DNA from: the human T2T-CHM13v2.0 reference genome, Homo sapiens
Strand: one strand, 5' to 3'
DNA: 64,000 bases
Assembly: GCF_009914755.1 (NCBI RefSeq)
Contig: NC_060931.1
Shown: positions 13,245-30,879 of the stretch, piece after piece
How positions within the stretch are numbered: position 1 is the stretch's first letter
How the letters are laid out: every line of letters starts with the position of its first letter
Program-made: the position numbers and the translations under genes
The notes under the pieces: generated by a model
Databases searched by the model: none
What the model was told of the DNA's origin: nothing
Seen by the model: only the letters and a program-made list of their open reading frames with translations

Positions 13245-13509
13245 AAATTGCCATTCTCTTTTGTCAAAAATTGCGGTCAGTGCAACTTTGATTTTGTTTG
13301 AGAAACAAAACCATCATCAAATCATAAGACTCTGTTGTAAAAATTGGGCTCACTTAATTTTTTAGCTCAATTTCATAATTTACACACTTGTTTAATGCTG
13401 ATATTTATAAGATCCCTATAGCAGAAATAGAACCTTTTTCTTAAGAAATGTTCATTATTGTACCTACTGAAAAGCTGCTGCCCCCCAAGCTTACTTTTCG
13501 GAAAGGCAA

Positions 13510-13980
13510 TATATTCATTCCTTTTTTTATTTATCCATTTGCTTCTCTATATTATGGTTTAGGTATGTTGTTAAGCCCTAAAAAAGAATACTAAGTTGAA
13601 TATGATATGCTTGCTTCTAGCAAATATTTCTGGTCTGGTCAAAAAAATAAGGTTACTATAATACAATATAATAACTACTTTATATACAATGTAAACCAAA
13701 TGATAATAAAAACAAGCCAGAAAAACTGTTTTCCTGGAAACATCAGGGGACATCTTAAAGAGGAGGTAGTGTTTTAACTGGGTTTTAAAGAATGAACGCA
13801 ATTTCACTTCACCATAAGAAAGAGAAGGGACGTACCATGCAGATGGAATGGCCTATGTGAAAACACACAAAGACTTGAAGAATCATGCTGTAGGTGTTGA
13901 AATGGCAAGATTCCAATGTGTGTGTTGAGACTGATACTGAGATTCTGGAATAGACAAAAACTAGATTGCAATGTGAATTC
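13510..13980 (-). mobile_element. L2 fragment
   Basis: attcattc start; catcaggggacatcttaaagaggaggtagtgttttaactgggttttaaagaatga is L2-like. Confidence 0.6.
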
Positions 13981-14447
13981 TCTGAACAATTATTATCGTT
14001 AGTGACCTACCAGCCGCAATCATATCAACTATTTTCTCCTGAAACTCTCCTTATGAATGTCTCCCCTCTCTACTATTTTGATAGACTTAGAAGGGTCAAT
14101 AAATGGGATTCATTTTGTAGAATGCTTTCATGAGTCTTAGCTTCCAATGGCATTGTAATTCTTTCAGGTTTAACATATTACTTGAGGTTGGTAGTGTAGA
14201 TAAATATGATTTCTCAGAAGGGAAGTAAAATGGGCCATTAAAAACTTAACACAAATTAGCTTATTCAGCGTAATTGACAGCACACAGAAGGACCATAAGG
14301 GATTTGAGACATGAGGCAGACCCATTTTAATGCAAATGAAAAGAATCAAAAGTGTGCAGACCTGGGTTGCTTTTCAGTCAGGGCAAACCTAACCAGAAAA
14401 CCAAAATAGACGTTTTGGATAATCTAAGAAGCAAAAAGAGGCTTTTA

Positions 14448-15292
<845 letters not shown>

Positions 15293-15404
15293 GTTTTCCT
15301 TTATTCCTTATAAAAGCAAGTTTCATTTCTTGGTCAAAGCAGCCAGTAAGTGACCCTTGTCCACAGGTGAGGGAGGGCGCCCAGAACTACAGGTACTTAG
15401 CCTC

Positions 15405-15557
15405 TGTTTTTTTGTTTTTTATTTTCTGAGACAGATTCTTGCTCTGTCACCCAGGCTGCAGTGCACGGAGTGCAGAGATGGGATCTCTGTTCACTGCAAC
15501 CCCTGCCTCCTGGGTTCAAGCGATTCTCATGTCAGCCTCCCAAGTAGCTGGGACTAT
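15405..15557 (-). mobile_element. Alu right-arm fragment
   Basis: T-rich tail then gagacag...tcacccaggctg...agtagctgggacta, joined abruptly to L1. Confidence 0.9.
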
Positions 15558-16912
15558 CAAGCTTCATCTTCTTATGGCTTGATAACGCAGTTCTTTTTAG
15601 CACTAAATAATATTCCACTGTCTGGAGGTACCACAGGTTGTCTATCCACTCATGTATTGAGGGACATTTTGATTATTTCCAAGTTTGGGCAGTTATGAAT
15701 AAAGAAACTATAAATATTTGTGTGCAGATTTTTGTGTCAACATATGTTTTCAATTTATTTGGGTAAATACAAGAAGCACAACTACTCAATCATATGGTAA
15801 GAGTATGTTTAAGTTTGTAAGAAACTGTCAAAATGTCTGCCAAGTAACTGCATTATTTTGCATTGCCATCAGCAAGGAATGAGAATTCTTGTTGCTCCAA
15901 ATCCTCTTTAGCGTTTGATGTTGGAAGTGTTTTGAAACTTGGCCAATGTAATACGTGCGTAGTGGTATCTAGGTGTTGTTTTCATTTGCAGTTTCTTAAT
16001 AACATATGATAGTGAATATCTTTTCGTATGTTTATTTGCCATCTGCTTGTCTTCTTCTATGATGTCGATTCCATTTGCCAACTTTTCTTTTTATTTATTT
16101 TTGTATTGTCTTTTTTTTGCAAACAAAATGCCACTTTTTAATCTCTTAAAACTAATATATCTCAGGCTCTTATGATTTCAATGGTCTCATTTCAGTTTAA
16201 ATATCTAGTTTATTCAAAGTTCCCCTCCCTCTGACAAGATCCTTAATTGGCTCCCAGCTAATTATTTCTCCTCACCGTAGAGCATGCAGAAACAGCAAGA
16301 TTCCTCCATGTGACCCTGATACAGTGAGAAACTTGTGAAAGCCAGACACCTCACCCCTGCCCTTTGGCTTACCTGTCCATACCCTGTGTCTTCTCTGGGG
16401 CACCTGGTGCCTGAGGACTGGGGCAGATCAGCCTGAGAATAGGTGTTGCTCAGAGCTGTGAGTGTGAGTGTAGGTGCCCCTAATTTGGGGACACACAAAT
16501 CTGCTTAAAACACCTCTTCATTTGGGAGCTTTGGCCCAAAGAGGAAAGCCTTAACCCAGCCTTTCTATCTGTAAGAAAGGAAGGCACAGAGAGGGCAGCA
16601 GCCTCTACTTGAGATGACATTGTCAGGATAAAAAGGCCTCCAAGAAGACCTTTGATGAAATTATTATTCTGCGAAGAATGCAGCCCAGGGAAGAGGTTTA
16701 CATGTAGAGAGAAGAGCTAATACAAAGACAAATTTATAAATTGGAAGTTAATTTACATGTTGTTTAATGTTAAGAGTTATTTGTATATTTTGAATAACAG
16801 TTCTTTATCAAATATGTATTTTGCGAATATTTTCTTCCAGTCTATGGCTTAGTTTTCCATTCTCTTCATATTGTCTTTCACAGAAGAGAAGTTTTCACTT
16901 TAATGTAATTCG
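15558..16912 (-). mobile_element. Old L1 (L1MC/MD-like) antisense fragment, split by the 16083-16728 insert
   Basis: tttccaagtttgggcagttatgaataaag...tttatttgccatctg, resuming colinearly at taaattgg...aagagttatttgtatattttgaataacag. Confidence 0.85.
16083..16728 (-). pseudogene. Polyadenylated non-coding retrocopy or orphan 3' transduction of unknown source
   Basis: Non-L1, higher-GC segment interrupting a colinear L1; degenerate poly(T) at 16083-16118; minus-strand ATTAAA (16137-16142) 18 nt from the tail. Confidence 0.65.
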
Positions 16913-19900
16913 GTGTCTTGATTGCAGACAGAGCAAGATAGTAGTATAGAAGGCACCATCAATTGCTCCCCCAACAAGGACACCAATTTAACAACTATCT
17001 ACACTACAAAATCACCAACATAATAACCAAAAATCAGGTGAGCACTCAAAGTTGCTGGTTTTAACTTAATATTGCTGAAAGAGGCATTGAAGAGGTAAAA
17101 CAAACTGTCTTGAATGGCTGATGCCACCCCTCCCTTATTCCCCAGCAGCAGCAGCATGATGCAGAGAGCATTTCTGGGCACTGGAGGAGGGAGAGTGCAG
17201 TAAATGTGAGGCCTTGAATTCAGTGCTGTCCTGTTACAGCAGAAAGGAAAACTGGACAGAATCTAGCTGACTCCCATCCATGGAGGGAGCATTCAAACCA
17301 GCCCTAGCCAGAGAGGAATCACCAATACCAGTGGTCAAAATTCGAGTTCCCACAAGTGGTGCCACCATGGGCTAAAGTGCTCTGAGTCTTTAAATAAACT
17401 TGAAAAACCATCTAGGACCTAAGGACTGCAACTTTTTGACAAGTCTTAGTGCTGAACTTGGCCCAAAGACAGTGGATTGGGGGTCACATGACCTTCTGAG
17501 ACACCAGCTGGGGCAGCTAGGGAAGTGCTGGCATCATCACTCCTTTAACCTGAGGCTGCATAGCTCGTGGCTCCGAGGGGGGAGCCCTTCCTTACACTTG
17601 AGGAAAGGAAAGAGTGAAGAGTACTTTATTTCACATCTCGAATAACAGCTCAGTCAGAAGGATAGGGCACCAGTAAATGTCATGAAGATCTGATTCCAGG
17701 CCCCATGTCCCAGATGACATTTCTAGACATGTCATCTGACAGAAGGGAACTCACTGCCTTAAAGAGAAGGACACAGTCCTGGCAGCATTTATTATTTGCT
17801 AACTGGAGAGACTTTGGGCCCTGAATATCCAGCAGCAATACACAGGAACTATGTTAGGGCGTTGGGTGAGACTCTAAGACTTCTGGGCTTAAGGTGAGAC
17901 TCATTACATTACCAGCTGTGATGGATGTGGGGAGAAACTCCTTCCACTTGAGAAAAGTAGAGGGAAAAGTAAAGGGGAGTTATCTTGCACTTTAAGTACC
18001 AGCTCCTCCATGCAGGAGTACAGCACCAAGAGAGGTCTCGAGGAACCTGATTGCAGTATTTGGCTCTTGGATGGTATTGCTGGAACTTCTCTGGGGAAAG
18101 GGAGCCCACTACTCTGAAGGATGAATACTAGGCCAGCCATCAGTCACAACAAGCTGACTGAAGAGCTCTTGGGCCTAAAAGGTACATTGAGGGTAGTCTG
18201 ACAGTACTCTTCTTGGGCCTGTGGTGGTAGTGCCCATGGGGCAAGGCTCTTCTGCCATTGGAAAAGGTAGGGAAGAGTGGGAAGGTCTCCATCTTGTGGT
18301 TTGAGTGCCAGTTTAGCAGTACAACAGAATATTAGGTAACTTTTAAGGTTTTAAACTCTAGTCCCTGGCTCTCAGGCAGCATCTCTGGACCTACATAAGG
18401 CCTGGAGGAACTCACTGCCCTGAAGTGAAAGACACAGGCCTGTCTGGCTTACCACGTGCTAATTGTAGAGCCTAACGGCCTTGAGCAAACATAGGCAGTA
18501 GCCAGGGAGACATCACAGCAGGCCTTAGGTGAGACCCAGTGTTGTGCTGGGTTCAGATCTGAGCCAGGGGAGTCTTAGTTGTGGTGGCCACAGGGGTACT
18601 TGTGTCACTCCATCCAATGCTTCAAGGAGTTGAAAACAAGGAGAGACGCTCTGTTTATTTGGGAGCAAGTAAGGGAAGAGAACACAAGTTTCTGCCTGGT
18701 AATCCAGAGAGTTCTTATGGATCTTGTCCAAGATCATCAAGGCAGTATCTCTAAAAGTCTGCAAGAACCACAGCATTACTGGACTTGGGGTGCCCCCTGA
18801 AGCAGATATAGTTTAGATCACAACACCTAAGTTTTTTTTTTTAATATCCAGACAACTTTCTAAAGAAGGGGAAGTTCAAAAGCCCAGACTGTGAAGACTA
18901 CAATAAATGCCTAACTCTTCAATGGTCAGACAGAGATGAACATCTACAAGTACCAAGACGATTCAGGAAAACACGATCTCACCAAATGAGCTAAATAAGG
19001 AACCAGAGGCCAATCCTGGAGAAACAGAGATACATGTCCCCTCAGACAAATAATTCAATATAGCTGTTTTGATGAAACTCAAATAAATTCAAGATAACAC
19101 ATAAAAGGAATTCAGAATTCTAATCAGATAAATTTAACAAATAGATTGAAATAAATAAAAAGAATCAAGCAGAATTCTGGACTGAAAAATGCAATTGGCA
19201 TACTGAAGAATGCATCAGAGTTTTTTAACATCAGAATTGATTAAGCAGAGGAAACCACTAGTGAGCTTGAAGACAGGCTATTTGAAATTACACAGTCAGA
19301 GGAAACAAAGGACAAAAGAAGAAAAAATAATTAAGCACACTTACAGGATGTAGAAAATAAACTCAAAGGAGTTAAATTAATAGTTATTGACATTAAAGAG
19401 GAGGTAGAGGAAAGTGCATGGGTAGAAATTTAGTAGAGAACTTCACAAATCCAGAGAAAGATATAAATATCCAAGTACAATAAAGATATAGAATACTAAA
19501 CAGATTTAATCCAAAGATTAGCACAAGGTATTTAATAAAAACTCCTAAGGATGCAGGATAAAGAAAGGACTCTAAAAACAACAAGAGAAAAGAAACAAAT
19601 AACATAAAATGGAGTTACAATATGCCTGGCAGAAGACTCTTCAGTGGAAACCTTAAATGCCAGGAGAGAATGGCATGACATATTTAACATGTTGAAGGAA
19701 AAAAAACTTTTACCCTAGAATGCTATATCCAGTGAAAATAACCTTCACACATGAGGGAGAAATAAAGACTTTTCCCAGACAAACAAATGCCGAAAGATTT
19801 CACCAACACCAGATAGATGTGTGTTATGACAAATGCTAAAGAGAGTACTTCAATCAGAAAAAAAAGACAGTAATAAATAATAAGTAATTATCTGAAGGTA

Positions 19901-21659
19901 CAAAGCTCACTAGTAATAGTACACAAATAAACAGAATATTATATCATTGTAACTGTGGTGTGTCAGTAAACAAAGAAACATAGAATATTATATCACTGTA
20001 ACTGTGATGTGTAAAATTACTTTTATCATAAGTAGAAAGAGAAAATGATGAAATAATAAAAAAATACAACATTTAAAGACATAGATAGTACAAGAAGATG
20101 TAAACAGAAGCCACAACATTTGAAAAGCAGGGGCATAAAGTAAAGGCATAGAGTTTTTATTAGTTTTCATTTACTTGTCTGTTTATGTAAACAGTGTTAA
20201 GTTACTATCAGCTTAAAAATAATAGGTTACAGTATAGTATTTGTAAGCCTCATGGTAACTTCAAAACAAAAATTATATAAAAGATACACACACACACACA
20301 AAAAAAAACTAAGTTATATTAGTAGAGAAAATCACCTTCACTAAAGGAAGACAGGAAAAAAAAAGAAGAAGGAAAAGACCAGAAAATAAATAACAAAGTG
20401 GCAGGAGTAAGTCATTGTTTATCAAGAATAATGGTGAATGTAATGGATGAAACTCTACAATCAAAAGACATAAATGGCTGATAAAAAACAAGACTCAAAG
20501 ATCTGTTGCCTACAAGAAACACACTTCATCTATAAAGGCACACACAGACTGAAAATAAAGAGATGGAAAAAGATATTCTATGCCAATGGAAAGCAGATAA
20601 AAGCAGGAGTACTTCTATCAGACAAAAGAGATTTCAAGACAAAAATTATAAGAAGAGACAATGAAGTTGTGTTCCAAGAAGGCCAAATAGGAACAGCTCT
20701 GGTCTCCAGCTCCCAGCGAGATCGATGCATAAGACCGGTGATTTCTGCATTTCCAATTGCGGTATCTGGTTCATCTCATTGGGACTGATCGGAAAGTGGG
20801 AGCAGCCCTCAGAGGGTGAGCCGAAGCAGGGTGGGGCATCACCTAACCCAGGAAGTGCAAGGGGTCAGGGGATTCCCTTTCTTAGCCAAAGGAAGCCATG
20901 ACAGACTGTACTGGGAAAATCAGGACACTGCCAACTAGACACTATACTTTTCCAACGGTCTTATCAATGGCACACCAGGAGATTATATCCCATGCATGGC
21001 TCAGCGGGTCCCACACCCATGGAGCCTTGCTCACTGCTACTCCAAGATAGAACTGCAAGGCAGCAAGCCTGGCTGGGGGAGGGACTTCCAACATTGCTGA
21101 GGCTTGAGTAGGTAAACAGAGCGGCTGGGAAACTCCAACTGGGTGGAGCCCACCACAGCTCAAAGAGGCCCTCCTGCCTCTGTAGACTCAACCTCTAGGG
21201 GCAGGGCATAGCTGAACAAAAGACAGCAGAAACTTCTTCAGACTTAAATGTCCCTGTCTGACAGGTCTGAAGAGAGCAGTGGTTCTCCCAGCACTGTGTT
21301 TGAGCTCTGAGAACAGACAGACTGCCCCCCTCAAGTGGGTCCCTGACCCCCATGTAGCCTAACTTGGAGACACCTTCCAGTAGGGGCCAACTGACACCTC
21401 ATACAGCCAGATGCCCCTCTGAGATGAAGCTTCTAGAGGAAGGATGAGGCAACAATATTTGCTGTCCTGCAGCCTCTACTGGTGATACCCAGGCAAACAG
21501 GGTCTGGAGTGGACCTCCAGCAAACTCCAACAGACCTGCAGCTGAGGGACCTGACAAACAGAAAGGAATAGCATCAACATCAACAAAAAGGACAACCACA
21601 CCAAAACCCCATCTATAGGTCACCATCATCATAGACCAAAGGTAGACAAAACCACAAAG

Positions 21660-22678
21660 ATGGGGAGAAACCAGAGCAGAAAAGCTGAAAATTCTAAAAA
21701 CCAAGTGCCCCTTCTCCTCCAAAGGATCTCAGCCCTTCACCAGCAGTGGAACAAAGCAGGATGGAGAATAACTTTGATGAGCTGACAGAAGTAGGCTTCA
21801 GAAAGTTGGTAATAACAAACTTCTCCAAGCTAAAGGAGGATGTTTGAACCCATCGCAAGGAAGCTTAAATCTTGAAAAAATATTAAACGAATGGCTAACT
21901 AGAATAAACAGTGTAGAGAAGACCTTAAATGACTTTATGGAGCTGAAAACCATGGCATGAGAACTACATGACACATGCACAAGCTTCAGTAGCCGATTCG
22001 ATCAAGTGGAAGAAAGGTTATCAGTGACTGAAGATCAAATTAATGAAATGAAGCAAGAAGTTTAGAGAAAAAAAGAGTAAAAAGAAATGAACAAAGCCTC
22101 CAAGAAATATGGGACTATGTGAAAAGATCAAATTTACATTTGATTGGTGTATCTGAAAGTGACAGGGAGAATGGAACCAAGCTGGAAAACACTCTTCAGG
22201 ATATTATCCAGGAAAGCTTCCCCAGACTAGCAAGACAGGCCAACATTCAAATTCAGGAAACATAGAGAACACCACAAAGATCCTCCTTGAGAAGAGCAAC
22301 TCCAAGACACATAATTGTGAGATTCACCAAGGTTGAAATGAAAAAAAAAATGCTAAGGGCAGCCAGAGAGAAAAGTCGGGTTACCCACAAAGCAAAGCAA
22401 TCAGACTAACAGTGGATCTCTTGGCAGAAACCCTACAAGCCAGAAGAGAGTGGGGGCCAATATTCAACATTCTTAAATAAAAGAATTTTCAACCCAGAAT
22501 TTCATATCCAGCCAAACTAAGCTTCATAAGTGAAGGAGAAATAAAATCCGTTACTGACAAGCAAATGCTGAGAGATTTTGTTGCCACCAGGCCTGCCTTA
22601 CAAGAGCTCCTGAAGGAAGCACTAAACATGGAAAGGAACAATCGGTACCAGCCACTGCAAAAACATGCCAAATCGTAA
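21660..22678 (+). pseudogene. L1 ORF1, disrupted
   Basis: atggggagaaaccagagcagaaaagct through catgccaaatcgtaa; no long plus-strand ORF in the ORF track, so it carries stops or frameshifts. Confidence 0.9.
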
Positions 22679-22741
22679 AGACCATTGATGCTAGGAAGAA
22701 ACTGCATCAACTAGGGGGCAAAATAACCAGCTAACATCATA

Positions 22742-26570
<3,829 letters not shown>

Positions 26571-27784
26571 ACAATGAGAACACTTGGACACAGGGCAGGG
26601 AACATCACACACTGGGGCCTGTCATGGGGTCGGGGGATGGAGGAGGGATAGCATAGGAGAAATACCTCATGTCAGTGACGAGTTAATGGGTGCAGCAAAC
26701 CAGCACGGCACATGTATACATATGTAACAAACCTGCACATTGTGCACATGTACCCTAGAACTTAAAATATAATAATAAAAAAAGAAGAGACAATGAAAAT
26801 CACTATATTATAAGGATCAATTCAGCAAGATGATATTACACTTTTAAATATATATGCAACCAATGCTGGAACAACCAGATATATAGAGTAAATATTATTA
26901 GTGCTGAAGACAAAAATGGGCCCCGATTTAATAATAGCTGGACACTTTAACACCACTTTCAGCATGGAACAGGTGTTCCAGACCAAAAATCAACTGAGAA
27001 AGATTGGCCTTATTCTGCACTACGGACCAAATGAATCAAATAGATATTTACAGAACATTTCATCCAAGAGCTGCAGAAAACACATTCTTTTCTTCAGCAC
27101 ATGAATCATTCTCAAGGATAGAACATATGTTAAGTCACAAAACAAATCTTAAAACAGTCACAAAATAGTGAAGTAATATTAAGCACCTTCTCTGACCACA
27201 ATGGAATAAAACAAGAAGTCAAGAAAAAGAAGAATTTTAGAAACACTACAAATACATGAAAATTAAACAATACTCTTCTGCATGACCAGTGGGTCAATGA
27301 AGAAATTAAGAAGGTAATTGAAAAAATTTTTTAAACAAATAATGATGGAAACACAGCATACCAAATCCTATGGAATACAACGAAAGCAGTACTAACAGGT
27401 ACGTTTATATCTATACGTGTTTACATCAAACATAGGAGAAACATGAAATAAACAACCTAATGATGTGTCTTAAAGAACTAGAAAAGTAAGAGCAGATCAA
27501 ACCCAAATTAGCAGAAGAAAAGAAATAATGAAGATCAGAGTGGAAATAAATGAAATTAAAATGAAGAAAATGCAAAAGGTACTGAAACAAAAAGTTGGTT
27601 TTTTGAAAAGTTAAACAAAATTGACAAAACTTTAGCCGGAGCAATTAAGAAGAAAAGAAAGACAATCAAAATAAATAAAATCAGGAATGAAAAAGGAGAT
27701 ATTACAAATGATATCACAGAAATTTAAATGAGCATTAGTGGCTAATGTGAGTAACTGTATGACAACAAATGGGAAAAGCTAAAA

Positions 27785-28210
27785 GTCCATTTCTGGATTA
27801 CCCGGTCTATTCCTTTGAGCTACTTTTGTGTCTTTTTGCCAACAATCACACCGTTTAGCCAAACGCTATACGACCATAACTTTATAGGGCATCTTGAAAT
27901 CTGCTCCCGTACGATGCCCTAAAATTCTAGCTGCCTTAGCAATTCCACATTCTATTCTGTTTTTCCCATCTAATGAGATTGGTTTTCTTTCTTGTACTTT
28001 ATTTCTCTGCATCATAGTTTAGAAAAAGCTCCCAGGAAAAAAGCTTCAGTAAATGTGGAACGTATATCATTTCTCTTAAGACTTTCAGTCCTGTACTATC
28101 AGCAGTGTAATAAAAGTTTCTTAATATATTTTTCCAATTTATAATTGTTCACTATAGGAAGTAAGTCTACAACCAACTACCCTGTCATGTCAGGATCAAA
28201 AGTCAGCTTT
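27785..28210 (-). mobile_element. Old antisense L1 fragments
   Basis: gtccatttctgga...tctattcctttga...tttttgccaacaatcacac...ctttatag...tcttgaaatc resembles antisense L1 ORF2. Confidence 0.55.
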
Positions 28211-28254
28211 CAGTTGCTTTCATCCACCAATTATTCTCTTCCAAAAATTTAGGG

Positions 28255-28436
28255 ATATATATAATTTATATATGCATTCAGATGTAATGCATATATACAA
28301 TGTACATATATTATTTTTACATATACACTCATATATATGTGCATATGTACATGTATATATGTATGTGCGTGTGTGTGTATGTGTGTGTGTATATATACAC
28401 ACACACATACACACACACGCACATACATATATACAT
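28255..28436. repeat. Compound (TA/TG/CA)n repeat containing a perfect 86-bp palindrome (28351-28436)
   Basis: Checked base by base: 28394-28436 is the exact reverse complement of 28351-28393. Confidence 0.95.
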
Positions 28437-28739
28437 TCTGTTTGCTACCTTCTTATCCTTACTTCCTACCTAGAATAACAGCCTTAGAGATTGTCGTTTG
28501 GCCTTCTATAGTACTAACAAATGGGTGATTAACTGATGTGTATGACAACAGAAGCTGTCTATAAGAAGAGTCAGTCTAGGCAGATGTGTAAATTATCCAA
28601 TATTTAATTTATGTGTGCAGAAGCACAGCCTTCATGAGCACACCCCATATTGTAGCGAATATAGAAGACTTAGGCAGAGATCAGAAATTCAATAAGCTTG
28701 CAATGGCTTCTTTTTAAATAACAGGTTTTCCATGGGTTG

Positions 28740-28977
28740 GTATCATGATAAGAGCAAGGCTTTGGAGACAAACCCAGAAGAAACTTGGTTTGAGCCCTTG
28801 TGATATCTGTAATATAACTACTCCAAGCATCAATGTCCTCATGGGTTAAAAGAATACCGCAGGAATACCATTTTTTAAAGATTGTTTCAAGGATTTAAAC
28901 AGTGAATCCATGTAATGTACTTATCAAAGTGTCTGGCTCTCACTTTCTGGTTAATAAATGGCAGTTGTTATCATTAC
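28740..28977 (+). mobile_element. MIR SINE
   Basis: taagagcaaggctttggag...gttgtttcaaggattt-like core...aataaatggcagttgttatcatta. Confidence 0.7.
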
Positions 28978-29549
28978 AACTGAAAGTGCATACAACTATC
29001 TTTGGCTGTATACTAGAAACCAACAAATGCCATTACCTCCTGGAATATATTAACAAGTGGTCTGACAGCTTAATGATGTGTGCCAGCACATTGAAAGATA
29101 ACAGGAAAAAATAAAAACAACTCAACCCAGAGGATTACTAGGATGGGGATCAGGGTTGGGGAAGAAGAAAGAACAAAATTCACCTTTGGTCCCCAAAAAT
29201 CCCAGGCATATTTTAAAAAGATAATCCTTCTGAAATTTATTCTTTTACTATAACATAAATTCCCTTAACATCCTGTATGATTCTAACCCTTCATGAGTAT
29301 GTGTAATATATGTATGAACAAGCATAGAGTAAATAATGAGTAATATTGTATTTAAGTTGGTTTTGTCAATTTTTTCACTTTGAATTAGTGACATTGAACA
29401 TTTCTGCATATATGGTGTCTTAACTACAATGATATGTCATAGTTGTGAAAATTATCTATTTCATACAGTAATTAGAAAAAATATACCACCTTAGAATGTT
29501 ACTGAGATACAAAGAAACAGCAATATAGTCTAAGCATGTACCACTCTTT

Positions 29550-30070
29550 AATAATATTTAACAGATATTTGTATCATTCTAGGCACACACACACATTCAC
29601 ACACACACAGGAGTGTAAGATACAATTCCAGATTCTAAAGACCTCACACTCTTGCAGGGAAACTCATCTGTGAAACTATTGTAAAATATATTGCTACTGT
29701 AAAAAACAGACACTATCTATTTTCTTTTTCAGAAAAGTAGGTGACAGGCTCAGAGGGAAAGAGGCATTCCTGCTGTGTCTTTACTTATCAGTTATATTCT
29801 TTTCGAAGGTCAAGTTGGGGAAAGAATCTCTAGGTCAAGGAAAAACTACAAGCAAATATACAGAATTATAAAGATGTATGCCATGCCTAGAAAATAGCAA
29901 GAAAAGAGGTTAACTTAGAACATACATTTATGGGTGAGACTGACAGACTGTGATACCAGAAAGATAGGTTGAGAACATATTATGAAAGGTTTGAATGCCA
30001 TTTTGAGGTGTTAAATTTCTACTTATGGAATTCAGGAGTGGAAGAATTATGATCAGGTTATTTTATATAA
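29550..30070 (-). mobile_element. L2 fragment
   Basis: Degenerate antisense L2 3' region (tatgaaaggtttgaatgccattttgaggtgtt). Confidence 0.5.
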
Positions 30071-30251
30071 GTTTGAGATATAAAATATTTTAGAGAAAAT
30101 ATAATATGGCATACACTAAATATACAATAATACATATTTATTATATATTATAAATATCAAATGTTATATAATAATATTGATAATATAACATTTTATAATA
30201 TTAAGTAGGTTCAATATTCTATAGATAATTGCTGATATTAAGAAAAAAAAT

Positions 30252-30550
30252 GGCCAGGTGTGGTGGTTCATGCCTGTAATCCCAGCACTTTGGGAGGCTG
30301 AGATGGGAGGATTGCTTTAGGCCAACCAGGAGTTTAAGACCAGCCTGGGCAACATAGTGAGACTTCTCCTCCACCACGTCTCCTAAAAAAAATTTTTTTT
30401 AAATTGTGTGGGTGTAATGGCATGCTTCTATTGTCTCAGCTTCTCCAGAATTCAAGGCTGCAGTGAAGTATGATCATGCCATTTAACTTCAGCCTCAGTG
30501 ACAGAGAAAGACCCTGTTTCAAAAGAAAAAGAAAAGAGAGAGAAAAAAAA
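30252..30550 (+). mobile_element. AluJ with an internal deletion in the right arm
   Basis: gggaggattgctt...gggcaacatagtgagac; the right arm jumps from cagcttct to ccagaattcaaggctgcagtga. Confidence 0.92.
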
Positions 30551-30562
30551 TTACTAGAATGG

Positions 30563-30879
30563 GGCCGGGTGCAATGGCTCACACCTGTAATTCCAGCACT
30601 TTGGGAGGCCGATGCAGGTGGGTCACAAGGTCAGGAATTCAAGACCAGCCAGGCCAACGTGGTGAAACCCTGTCTCTACTAAAGATACAAAAAATTAGCC
30701 GGGTATGGTGGTGTGCACCTGTAATCCCAGCTGCTTGGGAGGCTGAGGCAGGAGAATCACTTGAACACAGGAAGCAGAGGTTTCAGTCAGCTGAGATCAT
30801 GCCATTGCTCTCCAGCCTGAGCTGGGATCACGCCATTGCACTCCAACGTGGGCTACAGGATGAGGCTCATCTAAAAAAG
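30563..30879 (+). mobile_element. AluS (Sg-like) inserted at the end of the AluJ tail
   Basis: TSD aattactagaatg at 30549-30561 and 30880-30892; ~31 bp tandem duplication near its 3' end. Confidence 0.93.

Noticed and set aside
30100-30205. Extremely AT-rich stretch as an origin or matrix-attachment element
   Set aside because: It is low-complexity sequence only; function cannot be supported from sequence.
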